Virus record (IMG/VR): IMGVR_UViG_3300043446_002182
Strand: one strand, 5' to 3'
DNA: 64,000 nucleotides
Source: an uncultured virus (IMG/VR IMGVR_UViG_3300043446_002182)
Taxonomy: Duplodnaviria > Heunggongvirae > Uroviricota > Caudoviricetes
Part shown: positions 1 to 11,400 of the stretch, piece after piece
Layout of the letters: every line of letters starts with the position of its first letter
Position numbering within the stretch: the first letter of the stretch is position 1
Notes under the pieces: generated by a model
The model's database searches: none
What the model saw: the letters and a program-made list of their open reading frames with translations, nothing else
Told to the model about the DNA's origin: nothing
Translations under genes and position numbers: made by a program

Positions 1-8
1 ATACCCTG

Positions 9-3000
9 ATGTCGCCGTTTATAACGGTGAAGGGATGGGCGTTGTCGAATACCGACCCACAAGAACTGCTCTTAACCGAGAAAACTGGCTCGGAAGAGCC
101 GGTAGCACTTGAATACATGGACTACACGGTAGGTGACACTGGTAGTCTCAATCGTGAATGTAACATTGCGTTGGAACAACAAAGCACCGACTTGGCAATC
201 TCCGAAGAAGGTATCAGTGGAAGTGGTAAGTTCTTTCCCGATAGAGAAGCCATCAACGCAAAAACTGGAAACTTCAAGCGTTTGGTTCATGACCAAACTT
301 ATCGGGCGTTTTACAATCGCTACAACAACCCACTTCAAATTTTTGGAATAGACAACATTGATTTTCCGCTGGCGAAGAACAACCGTTATCTAGCAAACAA
401 ATTTTTGATGTTTACGATTCCACGTCTTATTTTTGGCGAACGAATCACGGAAAATACTGTAGTTCTATATGACCAGAATTTTGACGACAATATCATCATC
501 AATGATGACGGGGACGGAAACCTCGTTGCTAAAGAAAACCTGTTTTCAAAGATTCAGGAAGTCCGAGATTTCGGAAATTTCATCTTCACTGGTTCTGCAT
601 TGGTTTGTGGTATAAGCGGAAGTAACCCATCTGATTGTCCAAGTGCTTCGTTCTCGGCTATCATATATTCCGCAAGCATTAGCATAGATGACATAGCAAC
701 ATATCAGAACACGTATGGTCTTACGATTCCAATAAACATCCCTGCTTCGGGAGAACCACTCTCTATTTGGGCACGCTCGGCGGATTTTGATGTGTCTGTC
801 ACATTGGCGGACACTTCGTCCACACAGATGGAAACTCAAACAGGAAATGGATTGAGGTTGACGGGTGATACATCAACTACCGGACTAATTGGGGTTCAAA
901 ACTTAGTGTCGGGAACATATCAAGTTGAAGTTTCTTCGGTTTACAATGACTTTGGACAATTTTTGGTTTATGTGTCTCCCGGTTCAAAACAAAAAGCACT
1001 CTGGCAAGGCTATAGCCCCGTTGATTCGGTCCATATTCCATCATCGAACGTAATTGCATGTGGCGATGACGGAACAAATGTAATGTTCTATGATGCTACT
1101 AACGAAGTAATCCTTCAAAACTACAATTTGGATACCTGTTACGGAGTAGTTTATAGCCCTGTCCAAGATAAGGCATATGTGTGGGGTGCAAACTTTATTG
1201 ATGGAAATTTCTTAGACACATATGACAATACTGGTAGTTTCATCAGTCGTCTATCGTTGACAAATGTAAGCTGGAATGGTCGAATGTTCTACGATTCCGA
1301 CAAAGACCGCATCGTGTTTTACACAGGAAATGCTGCTCCTAAGAAAGTGGTTGTTTTCGATATTGCCACGATGACTGAAATTCAAGTTGTTGATGTCACT
1401 GCTAATTTATCAGGCTCGAACATGTTTTGGGGAACGTATTCATCTGTTAACCAGAAATACTATTTCTCACAGCAAAATTTCAACCCTTATACTTTCACAA
1501 TGATTGTGGTGGATGCAAACACTTATGCGGCAAGCAATACGACCGTCGTAGCTGATGCTGTAATCAAGTATATTCCACAAATTCAACGGATTGTTTGCAC
1601 GGGTCCAAGCAGTTCAACTTTGGAGTTTTATAACCCTGTAACGGACGTAGTTGATTATTCAATTCCTGTCCAAAACACAAACTTTATTTTGGAAGATGCT
1701 ACGTATTGCGACTGTAACAACACTATTATCGCTGCGATTAACACTGGAAATGATAGTTCTGGATTGATGGTTATAAACAACAACTTTACAATGTCGAACT
1801 TCATTGCAACTCGAACCACACCAGTTCATCCAGCAAGCAGTTCACAATACATTTATAGCGTGTGCTACAATACCACAGACAAACTTGTTTATACAGCACA
1901 TGGAGACTTTGAAACCAATCTGTTGACGGCAACTGCTATTACAGTTCCAACTGGAACAACAATTTACACTCCTACAGGAGTTCCGCCAGCAGCACCAAGC
2001 AACTTGACAATTTCTGCAAGTTCGTCCGTGTTGTCATGGCAAGATAACAGTCTTAACGAAAGTAGGTTTGGAATTGAACGGTCAACTGACGGTGTGAATT
2101 ATTCACTTCAATATACTGCAAGTCATAACACGACGCAATCAATAGATACAAATGTGACGAGCGGAAGTTCGTATTGGTATCGTGTTTATGCCGGAAACAA
2201 ATTTGGAACTTCTAGTTATTCTAACACAGCCAGCGTAACCGTAAGTGTTCTGGCCTTTCCGCCAGCGGCTCCAAGCAATTTTGTTGTGGCACAATCAGGT
2301 AGCAATACGGTAAGCATGTCTTGGACGGACAATGCAGTGAACGAAACATCGTATAGCATTGTTCGTCAATGGGGAGGCGGTACTACTGGCTCTTCCGATG
2401 GGTTTGCAATCTCTGCAAACTCGACTAATTTTGCGGATACTACTTACCCATATCCCGGTGTTGACGGATACTCTTACTATCAGTATTCGGTTTTTGCAGC
2501 AAATGCATATGGAAGTTCAAGTGTAGTTTTCTCACCCTTGTTGACCGTTTATGGTCCTCCGAGTGCTCCCAGCAGTTTAATCGTTTATAGTGGTTCAGTT
2601 CATCTTGAATGGACAAATAACTCTGCCATAAACACTACAAACGTAATTGAGCGTTCTTTGGATGGTATCACGTATGCACAGTATTATACTGCCAGTGCAA
2701 CTGCGTCAGCATTCATTGACACAAACGTTGCAGAGAGCAACACTTATTGGTATAGACTGTTTGCGTCGGGTCCGGGTGGAGCTTCATCATATAGCAATAC
2801 GGCAAGCATTGAATACACGGCTTCTGCGCCAATTGTTTATAACAATCATTTGATTTTTGACCAAAACGCTGCATACCCATTTGATACGGATATTGCTGCG
2901 CCTACAGGTAATTTCTCGTCATCGGCGTATATTGGAAGTTTCATGACGTGTTCGGCAATAAACTGCCCAGCCTTAACTGGAATCTACATGGAAAACAATT

Positions 3001-3578
3001 TCGTCCTGTCATCTATCAACGTAAGTGGAAGCACCGGATTGGTTCATCTAAATCTTAACAACAACTACACCGGAACTCCAACTTTGTCGGCGTTGGATGT
3101 TACAACGAATACCGGTCTGGAATATCTTGACTTCGGATTGACGCACGTCACATCAATCAATCTGACGAACAATACTGCGCTCAAGTATCTCAAAGCAGAA
3201 AACACCAATTTGACTTCGTTGAATTTGAGTAACAATACGTTGCTGCAATATGTAGAGGTTCACAACACGAGTATTACGTCCTTGACTTTGCCAACATCTT
3301 CAACATTGACTATTTTGTATTGCTGGGGAAATCCGGTGACAACGGTTGATATTTCGGGATGCCCAAATCTTGACATCATTGATTTCTCGAACAACGCTTT
3401 GACTCAGGCTGCGGTTGACCAATTGTTAGCGGATGTTGTGGCGGCAGGGGCTACGCCAACCATTGACAACTACATTGATATTTCTAACTATGGAAGTGGC
3501 ACCAACGCTGCGCCATCGCCAGCGGGATTGGCAGATATTGCCACATTGCAAGGAAACGGATGGAACGTTTACTACTAA
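9..3578 (+). CDS. Large virion/baseplate-associated protein with beta-propeller-like region, three FN3 domains and C-terminal leucine-rich repeats (may start upstream of the window)
   Basis: 1189-aa ORF; three P[AS]APS..L[SE]W.[DN]N..YxYxV/L repeats of FN3 type; LDVTTNTGLEYL/INLTNNTALKYL LRRs; frame is open back to the window edge. Confidence 0.6.
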   Translation: MSPFITVKGWALSNTDPQELLLTEKTGSEEPVALEYMDYTVGDTGSLNRECNIALEQQSTDLAISEEGISGSGKFFPDREAINAKTGNFKRLVHDQTYRAFYNRYNNPLQIFGIDNIDFPLAKNNRYLANKFLMFTIPRLIFGERITENTVVLYDQNFDDNIIINDDGDGNLVAKENLFSKIQEVRDFGNFIFTGSALVCGISGSNPSDCPSASFSAIIYSASISIDDIATYQNTYGLTIPINIPASGEPLSIWARSADFDVSVTLADTSSTQMETQTGNGLRLTGDTSTTGLIGVQNLVSGTYQVEVSSVYNDFGQFLVYVSPGSKQKALWQGYSPVDSVHIPSSNVIACGDDGTNVMFYDATNEVILQNYNLDTCYGVVYSPVQDKAYVWGANFIDGNFLDTYDNTGSFISRLSLTNVSWNGRMFYDSDKDRIVFYTGNAAPKKVVVFDIATMTEIQVVDVTANLSGSNMFWGTYSSVNQKYYFSQQNFNPYTFTMIVVDANTYAASNTTVVADAVIKYIPQIQRIVCTGPSSSTLEFYNPVTDVVDYSIPVQNTNFILEDATYCDCNNTIIAAINTGNDSSGLMVINNNFTMSNFIATRTTPVHPASSSQYIYSVCYNTTDKLVYTAHGDFETNLLTATAITVPTGTTIYTPTGVPPAAPSNLTISASSSVLSWQDNSLNESRFGIERSTDGVNYSLQYTASHNTTQSIDTNVTSGSSYWYRVYAGNKFGTSSYSNTASVTVSVLAFPPAAPSNFVVAQSGSNTVSMSWTDNAVNETSYSIVRQWGGGTTGSSDGFAISANSTNFADTTYPYPGVDGYSYYQYSVFAANAYGSSSVVFSPLLTVYGPPSAPSSLIVYSGSVHLEWTNNSAINTTNVIERSLDGITYAQYYTASATASAFIDTNVAESNTYWYRLFASGPGGASSYSNTASIEYTASAPIVYNNHLIFDQNAAYPFDTDIAAPTGNFSSSAYIGSFMTCSAINCPALTGIYMENNFVLSSINVSGSTGLVHLNLNNNYTGTPTLSALDVTTNTGLEYLDFGLTHVTSINLTNNTALKYLKAENTNLTSLNLSNNTLLQYVEVHNTSITSLTLPTSSTLTILYCWGNPVTTVDISGCPNLDIIDFSNNALTQAAVDQLLADVVAAGATPTIDNYIDISNYGSGTNAAPSPAGLADIATLQGNGWNVYY

Positions 3579-3608
3579 TTATAGACGCCATCCACTATTT
3601 ATGATTGT

Positions 3609-6023
3609 ATGTATCTGACGATAAAAAATGAGAATAACGGTTATGCAGTTGCCACCTATGGTGATTACGTTGTCGTTGGCAATCCTGCCTTGGTGCGTTA
3701 CGATGCACTCACGTCTAGCCTTCATTACACAGGTTCGTTGGATTACTACCGCTATAATAAAACTTCTGACCAACACGATTTGATTGGAACTCTGTATTTG
3801 TCAGGTGTGGAAATGAACATCCTTTTGGCGGGACAAACGGGGTCTGTTCCATCACAGAAGAGTCCACTTCATACTGAAAGCAACAACACGGGAAGCTCTT
3901 TTAACAAAGACATCGAGATTGACAAAAACTTCTATACTGCATCTTTGGAAGATGGCGTAGGGCTTTCAGTGGACATTTACAACAAATTGTTGGTAGCAGG
4001 GTCTCCATACTACATTCAAAGTGTTCACACATCAGCAAGTGCATTTAATACGTCTGGTTCAATTGTCAACGTGTTTGATTTGAGCTTAAGCGAGTTTACC
4101 CTCTCCCCAACTTCAAGCTTGTTTGCATATGGAATTGAAAATCCAGATTCCAATGTGAGCGAATCTTTCGGTCGTTCAGTATCAATCAATGCCAACTGGC
4201 TTGCAGTAGGTTCGCCGTATGTTAGTAGTTCAAATGGTATGGTTTACCTCTACCGAAACACTTCAACTGGTAGCAATTACAGTTGGGATTTGTTTCAAAA
4301 ACTCGAAGCAACCAATGTCATATCAGGTTCTCAGTTTGGTCACAGTTTGAAGCTGAACAAACAAAGTGGGTCGTTCAGCGGTAGCTTGATTGTTGGTTGT
4401 GGAAACCTTTTAGCCAATAAAGCATTTTACTTCCAGTTCATCAGTGGTAGTTGGCGTCAGACGTTTGTTTTCACTCCTGATACCGAAACCGAATACCCCT
4501 TGACTTTCGGAAACTTTGACCCATATACGGTCAACCTGAATACGACCAATGGCTATGGTTATTCTGTTTCCACGTTCCAAGACACGGTTATCATCGGCGA
4601 ATACTTGGACAGAACCGTATATGAATACAGTGGTTCGTCTGGATACCAACAAGGGTCCGTTTCAATTTACGAACGTTGCCCGAACGATAACACTCGATTC
4701 GACCTCGTATTGAAGACATATGGCACATCATCAATCATGAAGAACAACCAGCTTGGTTATTCGGTTGATGTGTTTGCAAACAACGCTATTGCAGGAATTC
4801 CAAAAATCAACCGCAGTAGCACGACATCTTGTTTCATTGGTGGAACATTGCAACAACTTCATCAATGTGAGGATGATTTGGAAATTTCCTTGAACGGTCA
4901 GGCTATGCTCTTGCAGAAGAATACTTCTTCAGGAGAATGGGACATCACCAACATCTATCAGCGTAAGAAGCGGTTCTTGACCCCATACCGTCATTTCGGC
5001 AGCAGTGTCGGTGCGGGTGTTCGGTCGTTTGTGGTGGGAGCACCAATGTCTTTGAGTGATTCCAACCGTGAAATCAATTTGGATCTGACCGCCTCAAACG
5101 GGGTTGAAATCGCCGATGTATCTGGTAAAGCATACATCTACAATCTGGCAAATCTTCGTAATGAGTTCCACGTTGGAAACGTTTTCTATCGAAACGGAAA
5201 GATTATCTTGATGACTTCTGGCTCGGTATTTGACCAGTTGTTCTACAACCCGTTCAGTTCCACGACTTACGAGTATGACATCAATTTCAAAGGACAACAT
5301 ACCATCTTTGAAAAGCAAGTAGTGTGTTCAGTTTCTCCCGGCGAATTCAATGTCAGCACGAATCCATCGGCCACAACTCGTAACACGTCTTCGTTGGATG
5401 TCAATCAAAACGGTCGGTTTGATTTCCAAGATGTTGACATCCTGTTGCGTTACATGCAATACAAGAACACTACTCAACAGGGTCTTACGGTTTCAACTGA
5501 TTGGAGTTCGTCAATTGTCACCGCCGATGATGAAATCAACCTGTTGAACTGGTATCAGACAGATACCAATTATGATGTAGAACACACGTCAATCGTGACG
5601 AGTGAAAGCATTGTTCGTTGGGAAACGACTGATATGTGGGTTCAGGATGTTTTGGATTTCAACCAAGACAATAAGATTGATGAGCGTGATTTGAGCATTC
5701 TGTGGAAGTATTTCGCCAACCGCCTGACTCAAGAGAACTACGCTCAATTCATTACTCCATCTTGCACTCGAAAGTTGTTCAGTGACATCATTGACCATTT
5801 GAACTATCTGAGCCAAAAGCACGCCGTTCCTCAAATCAAGAGTCAGTTCTTGGATTATGAACGGTTGTCAAGCAATGACAAGACAGGTTCTTATGCGGCA
5901 CCAATGGCGACTGCCATTGGTCTCTATGACGGTCTCGACTTGATTGCAGTTGCAAAATTGGGAAGCCCAATCAAAATCACACCCGAACTTCCTATAAATT
6001 TTGTTGTGAAAATGGACTTCTGA
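3609..6023 (+). CDS. Virion structural protein with FG-GAP-like propeller repeats and paired EF-hand/dockerin-like motifs
   Basis: FGRSVSI/FGHSL/LGYSVDV/FGSSVG..VGAP repeats; DVNQNGRFDFQD and DFNQDNKIDERD; C-terminal EFNVSTNP...IGLYD...AVAKL..PIK. Confidence 0.6.
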   Translation: MYLTIKNENNGYAVATYGDYVVVGNPALVRYDALTSSLHYTGSLDYYRYNKTSDQHDLIGTLYLSGVEMNILLAGQTGSVPSQKSPLHTESNNTGSSFNKDIEIDKNFYTASLEDGVGLSVDIYNKLLVAGSPYYIQSVHTSASAFNTSGSIVNVFDLSLSEFTLSPTSSLFAYGIENPDSNVSESFGRSVSINANWLAVGSPYVSSSNGMVYLYRNTSTGSNYSWDLFQKLEATNVISGSQFGHSLKLNKQSGSFSGSLIVGCGNLLANKAFYFQFISGSWRQTFVFTPDTETEYPLTFGNFDPYTVNLNTTNGYGYSVSTFQDTVIIGEYLDRTVYEYSGSSGYQQGSVSIYERCPNDNTRFDLVLKTYGTSSIMKNNQLGYSVDVFANNAIAGIPKINRSSTTSCFIGGTLQQLHQCEDDLEISLNGQAMLLQKNTSSGEWDITNIYQRKKRFLTPYRHFGSSVGAGVRSFVVGAPMSLSDSNREINLDLTASNGVEIADVSGKAYIYNLANLRNEFHVGNVFYRNGKIILMTSGSVFDQLFYNPFSSTTYEYDINFKGQHTIFEKQVVCSVSPGEFNVSTNPSATTRNTSSLDVNQNGRFDFQDVDILLRYMQYKNTTQQGLTVSTDWSSSIVTADDEINLLNWYQTDTNYDVEHTSIVTSESIVRWETTDMWVQDVLDFNQDNKIDERDLSILWKYFANRLTQENYAQFITPSCTRKLFSDIIDHLNYLSQKHAVPQIKSQFLDYERLSSNDKTGSYAAPMATAIGLYDGLDLIAVAKLGSPIKITPELPINFVVKMDF

Positions 6024-6047
6024 TGATATTTATAACAAAGGACACTT

Positions 6048-6356
6048 ATGCCAAATCCAGCAGATAGACCATCATTGACAAAAGACCTCGCATCCCGTTA
6101 TGCGTCTCAGCACGCAGGCGGTGCATTTGAAGTCAAACAACGTTTGAAGGCTCCCGGTTCTTCGCCACAAGCAGGAGAGCGTATGCCAATTGACGGTAAC
6201 GAACGTCTGTATTCTGCCGATGACTTTGCTGTGAAGCAAGCTATTGGTGTGACGGAACTTTTGGATGCTCAAGAAGCCAACTCGACTTCTTCTCCAAAAT
6301 CCAAGGAAATCTCGCTCTACATCCGTGGATTCAACAACCGGAAGTATAAGCCATAA
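6048..6356 (+). CDS. Hypothetical protein
   Basis: 102-aa ORF with AAGGA upstream, ATATTTATA motif before it and terminator after it. Confidence 0.65.
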   Translation: MPNPADRPSLTKDLASRYASQHAGGAFEVKQRLKAPGSSPQAGERMPIDGNERLYSADDFAVKQAIGVTELLDAQEANSTSSPKSKEISLYIRGFNNRKYKP

Positions 6357-6371
6357 CCGACTTATTTTAAC

Positions 6372-6400
6372 AAAAACCCCGCCAATTGGCGGGGTTTTTT
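6372..6400. terminator. Intrinsic terminator, potentially bidirectional
   Basis: AAAAACCCCGCCA-AT-TGGCGGGGTTTTTT inverted repeat with A and T tails. Confidence 0.8.
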
Positions 6401-6413
6401 GCTATGTATGCCT

Positions 6414-6911
6414 ATGACTTTAGGCTTTGATGCATCAACTACGTGTGTGGGCTGGGCTTTTTTTAATGGCGAGACCATTGAAGATGCTGGGTTCATTGAC
6501 ATTTCCAAGCTGGAAACCAACAAAGAAAAGGCCAATCTTGTCATTTCCGTCCTCTCGACTCACCCCCTTCTCCCAAATACCTCGCAAATCAACCTAGAAG
6601 CCGCCCTGAGCGGTTTTATGGGCGGGAGAACCTCACAACAGGTCATCATCAAGCTGGCTCGTTTTAACGCCGTTTTCGAGTATATCATCGGAGAGGCATG
6701 GAAAAAGCCCGTAAACCTGATTGGAGCGACCACGGCCCGAAAAAAAGTCTTTGGAAAGGCTCGGGTCAAGGGCGTTGAACCAAAGGTCTATGTAAAAGAA
6801 CAACTATCAAGTAAAATAAACTTGACTAAGTTCGACAAAATCAATAAGATTGGCAATTGGCACCAGAGCAATGCAGACATGTATGATGCGATGGTGATGG
6901 CAATGGCGTGA
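6414..6911 (+). CDS. RuvC-like Holliday junction resolvase
   Basis: LGFDASTTCVGWA, INLE and DMYDA acidic motifs of RNase H/RuvC fold; ATG start at 6408 or 6414. Confidence 0.75.
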   Translation: MTLGFDASTTCVGWAFFNGETIEDAGFIDISKLETNKEKANLVISVLSTHPLLPNTSQINLEAALSGFMGGRTSQQVIIKLARFNAVFEYIIGEAWKKPVNLIGATTARKKVFGKARVKGVEPKVYVKEQLSSKINLTKFDKINKIGNWHQSNADMYDAMVMAMA

Positions 6912-6917
6912 TATTTT

Positions 6918-7127
6918 ATGAAGGAAGTAACTATTACCTGTGACCGTTGTGGAAAAGTCGTCCGTGGCTTGTTTCACGAAGACAAAGAGTTTGGAAAAAT
7001 CACCGCAGGATTCTATGACGTGTCCGACGGATTTTGGAGTCATTTCAAACGCTGGGAAGAAGAACTGGTCTGTGATGAATGTATGCACGCCTGCCCAAAA
7101 TACAAAGCGATATACTCTCCGTCGTGA
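6918..7127 (+). CDS. Small zinc-ribbon protein
   Basis: CDRC and CDEC pairs; 69 aa; GTGA overlap with next gene. Confidence 0.6.
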   Translation: MKEVTITCDRCGKVVRGLFHEDKEFGKITAGFYDVSDGFWSHFKRWEEELVCDECMHACPKYKAIYSPS

Positions 7128-7438
7128 AGTCTGGTTATCTTTACATCATCATCAATGAAACATTCCCCAATTGGGTCAAGGTGGGAACAACGATGGATTT
7201 GACTTCTCGACTGCACACGTATCAGACGGGCGACCCACACCGCCGATACAAAATTGTCTTCTCACTCCAACACCCCGAGTTTCGCCAAGCTGAAAAGAAA
7301 ATCAAGGAGACCATGAAACATTTCGCCTTGAGCATCAAAGGTGAATGGTATGAAGTTGACCTTGGCATTGCCAAGAGTCGTTTGGAGGAACAACTTGACG
7401 AATACAACGGTCTCCACGCCGAGATTAAAATAAGTTGA
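7124..7438 (+). CDS. GIY-YIG (T5orf172-like) domain protein
   Basis: GYLYII...WVKVGTT...RL..YQTGDP...E...GEWY; GTG start overlapping upstream TGA. Confidence 0.75.
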   Translation: MKSGYLYIIINETFPNWVKVGTTMDLTSRLHTYQTGDPHRRYKIVFSLQHPEFRQAEKKIKETMKHFALSIKGEWYEVDLGIAKSRLEEQLDEYNGLHAEIKIS

Positions 7439-7463
7439 GTTTCCGCTCGTTTTCGGGTAGTCT
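7435..7463 (+). promoter_or_regulatory. sigma70-type promoter for primase/recombination genes
   Basis: TTGAGT-17 nt-TAGTCT, 8 nt before ATG 7472. Confidence 0.45.
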
Positions 7464-7471
7464 TCTGGCAA

Positions 7472-8410
7472 ATGCTCGTACAGTCGCAAATTGTATCTCT
7501 GCTCAATGAGATATTGAACCAAACAGCACGACTCCGTAAAAACGGTGCTCAGGCTGTTTATTTTTGCCCCTGCTGTCATCACTACAAGCGGAAACTTGAA
7601 GTCAACCTTGAAACGGGACAGTGGCATTGCTGGACGTGCGACATCAAAGGTTCTTACCTCGGGTCTTTTCTCACAAAAGTCAAAGCGTCAGATTCTTACC
7701 GACAAAAGATGGCGCAGCTTACGGGTGATTTGCGACTCGCCCAACGACGAAAAGTAACTCGTGCCCCCAACGAAGTTGTTTTACCCGAGGAATTTTTACC
7801 TCTCAGCAAACCAGTGGCATCCATCGAATATAAGAATGCCGTGGCCTATCTCAAACGACGTGGAATTCTGCGAGAGGACATACTTAGATATAACATCGGT
7901 TATTGTGAGGAAGGCGACTACGCTTTTCACATTGTCGTTCCATCTTACGATGCGGAGGGCAATTTGAACTTCTTCATCGGTCGTCGGTATTACGACGTTG
8001 AAGGTATGATTCCGCACAAGAAGCCCGAAGTGTCAATGGACATTGTGGGGTTTGAGTCGTTTGTCAACTACAACGAACCGTTGAGTTTATGTGAGGGATT
8101 TTTCGATGCGATGGCGATTCGCAACAATGCCATCCCGCTGTTTGGAAAATACCCATCGAAAAAGTTGCGACAGAAAATGATTTTGCACGGAACACGGCGA
8201 GTCAATATGGTGTTGGACGACGATGCTGTTAAAGATGCAGTGCGGAACTACGAAATGTTGGTCAAAGATGTCCCCAACCTTGAAGTTCATGTTGTCAGTC
8301 TCAGTGGTAAAGACCCATCTGCATTGGGATTTATCAAAACCCACGAAATCATTCGTGCGTCCCGTCCGTTTGACGAGAGTGATTTGCTGGCCTACGAATT
8401 AAGTCTATGA
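7472..8410 (+). CDS. DNA primase (Zn finger + TOPRIM)
   Basis: CPCC...HCWTC zinc finger; YLKRRGI; CEGFFDA and LDDDA TOPRIM motifs; KDP. Confidence 0.85.
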   Translation: MLVQSQIVSLLNEILNQTARLRKNGAQAVYFCPCCHHYKRKLEVNLETGQWHCWTCDIKGSYLGSFLTKVKASDSYRQKMAQLTGDLRLAQRRKVTRAPNEVVLPEEFLPLSKPVASIEYKNAVAYLKRRGILREDILRYNIGYCEEGDYAFHIVVPSYDAEGNLNFFIGRRYYDVEGMIPHKKPEVSMDIVGFESFVNYNEPLSLCEGFFDAMAIRNNAIPLFGKYPSKKLRQKMILHGTRRVNMVLDDDAVKDAVRNYEMLVKDVPNLEVHVVSLSGKDPSALGFIKTHEIIRASRPFDESDLLAYELSL

Positions 8411-11400
8411 TTAACCTTTGCAATCCAAGTATCAAGAAGTTCACCCACATTTTCCATGTGGCCGACATTCACATTCGCCTGAACAAACGGCACGAAGAAT
8501 ATCGCAATGTGTTTGCTTCATTGTATGAGGAAGTGAAGAAGACTCCCGAGACCACGGTGGTTGCCGTGCTGGGTGATGTATTTCATAGCAAGTCCGATTT
8601 GAGTCCCGAGTGTGTTCAGATGGCATCGGATTTGTTCAAGAATTTGGCCGACCTTCGCCCTGTAGTGCTGATTGCTGGGAATCACGACGCCACCTTGTCT
8701 AACAAAAATCGCTTGGACAGTTTGACGCCAATCGTGGACACCCTTCGGCATCCGAACCTTTTCTATTTCCGAAACAATGGCCTCTATGGGTTTGGTAACA
8801 TTCTCTTCAACAACATGGGCGTGTTTGACCCGCCCGAGGCTTACATTCGTGGAAACACCATCCCTGACATTTACAAGAACCAGCATGACCACATTGTAGC
8901 ATTGTTCCACGGTGCGGTTGACCGTGCGTCTATGGATACGGGCTATTCCATCAGTAATCCCGCTATCATGGTCCCATTGTTTGATGACCACCATATTGCA
9001 TTGCTTGGTGATATTCACAAACGGCAGGACATGCAAGAATACAACCCCGAAGAAAACAAGCCATGTGTTCATTACGTTGGCAGCATGATTCAACAGAACC
9101 ACGGGGAAGCTTTACATGGTCATGGGTATTCTCTATGGGATTTGAGCACCCGGACATATGAGTTTCATGAACTTCCAAACGAAGTTGGTTACTTTACCAT
9201 TGATATTGATAAGGGTCAGGTCACGACCGATTTGACAAATCTGCCCAAGAAAGTGCATCTGCGTCTTCGTTGCTATGAGACCATAGCTGCCGAAGTCAAG
9301 GCTATTTTAGCCAAACTGAAAGAGAAGGCACAGATAATCGAGATTGCATATGTCCGCATGGACCAAGACGCTGAAAAGAAGGATGTCATTCCACTTTGTA
9401 AGGACGTGGTTCTAACTGACCTCACGAATGTTGAGTATCAGAACAAACTCATTCAGGAGTTCTTGGAAAAGAAACTCAACATTGACAACCCCACTAAGAT
9501 TGAATCCATTTTGAATCTCAACCGTGAGACCAATAAAAGTATCAAGAAGGATGATTTCATCCGAAATCTTAAATGGAAGCCGATTCGATTTGAGTGGGAC
9601 AACATGTTCACCTATGGTGAAGGCAACGTCATTGACTTCACACAGATGGATGGAGTCTATGGTATTTTCGGGCCTAACCGTGCAGGTAAGTCAAGTATCC
9701 TGTCGTCATTGATTTTCTGTCTCTTTGACAAGTTTGACCGTGGCTCGAAGGGCTTGCACGTTTTGAATGTGCAGAAGACTTCATTTCGCTGCAAACTTGA
9801 GTTTGAAATCGCAGGTATTCGTTACTTCATTGAACGTAAGGGAGCAATCACTCGCACGGGCAACGTCAAGGTTGACGTAAAATTCTGGAAGACCGTCAAT
9901 GGTGTAGATGAAGAGTTGCATGGCACGGCTCGCCGTGACACGAACGAAGTGATTCGTGACTACGTTGGCTCATATGACGATTTCATTTTGACCGCAGCAT
10001 CTTTTCAAAGTGCCAAGAACAACATGTCATTCATTGACATGGGCAACAGCGAGCGCAAAGACCTTTTGGTGCAATTCATCGGCCTGAATGTGTTTGACCG
10101 CTTGCAGGAAGCAGCCAATGAAAGAAACAAGGAGTTGAATACCATGTTGAAACTGCATAAGGATAAGAACTATCCCTATGAGAAACAACAGAACGAAAAT
10201 GCCTTGGCTCACGCTGACACTTTACTGGCACAACTGACAAGTGCGGTTGATAGTCTTAAAAAACAGATTTCCGACGTGAACGAACAAATTGTCACGGAGA
10301 CGGTCAACCTTATCAAATTGGACGTGGAAGTTCCGACAAACATCACACAGTTGATGGAACGCAAGAAGTCTCAAGAAGAGGCAGTCACGTCAAAGAAGAA
10401 TGCATTGGAAGGTTTCCGCAAACTAACCAATGCCAAAGAAGTGGCACTCTCAGACTTCAACGCCAAGATTGAACAGATTGAGTCCTCAAACTTGGTGGAA
10501 AGTCACAAGACCCATCGCCAGTTGAGCGACAAGATTACCGAAGTCAAACAGAAGATTGACTTGAAAAAGGTAGAAATCAAAGGCAAGCTTGAGAAGGTTG
10601 CTCGGTTGGATAAGCATGAATATGACCCGAACTGCAAATACTGCACAAACAACTCGTTTGTCAAGGACGCAACCAAGGCTAAGAAAGAACTCAACGAGGA
10701 CAAGAAGGACACCGACAAGATGTTGGAAACGCTTGACAACCTCAACGTGGAGTTTGCCAAGTTCAAGTGGGTTGAGCAAGCTTATGAGACCTACACCAAG
10801 CTTCTGACTGACCGCAGCAAAATCAAAGATGAAGTTGCCGTTCTGTCTCGGAACATCATTGTAGCGACCAATGAACTTGAGAAATTGGAAGCGACGTTGA
10901 AGAACACCCTCCATCAAATTGACTTGTATCATCGGAACGACGTGGCTGTGGATAACAATGCCAAGGTTCAATCCAAGATTATGTCGTATCGTAATACGTT
11001 GACGAAACTCGACATTGAGTTGCAGCGTCAGACCCGAGCCATGATGGACATTTCTGGAAAGCGAGAGCTATTCAAGACGAACATCCTCAAACTGTCGGAG
11101 ACTATCGAAGAAGTAACGGCACTGGAATACGAATTGGATTCACATCAACTCTATCTCCAATCGGTAGGTCGTGACGGTATCCCGTATCAAGTCATTTGCA
11201 ACACTGTTCCTGAAATTGAGAAGGAAGTCAACTCCATCTTGTCACAAGTTGTAGATTACACGATTCAGTTCGAGACCGATGGTAAAAACGTTGTGCCGTA
11301 TGTTGTCTATGACTTTGGCCGCTGGCCAATCGAATTGACCTCTGGTTTTGAACGGTTTGTTGCCTCGGTTGCCATCAGGGTCGCCCTAACCAACGTCTCC

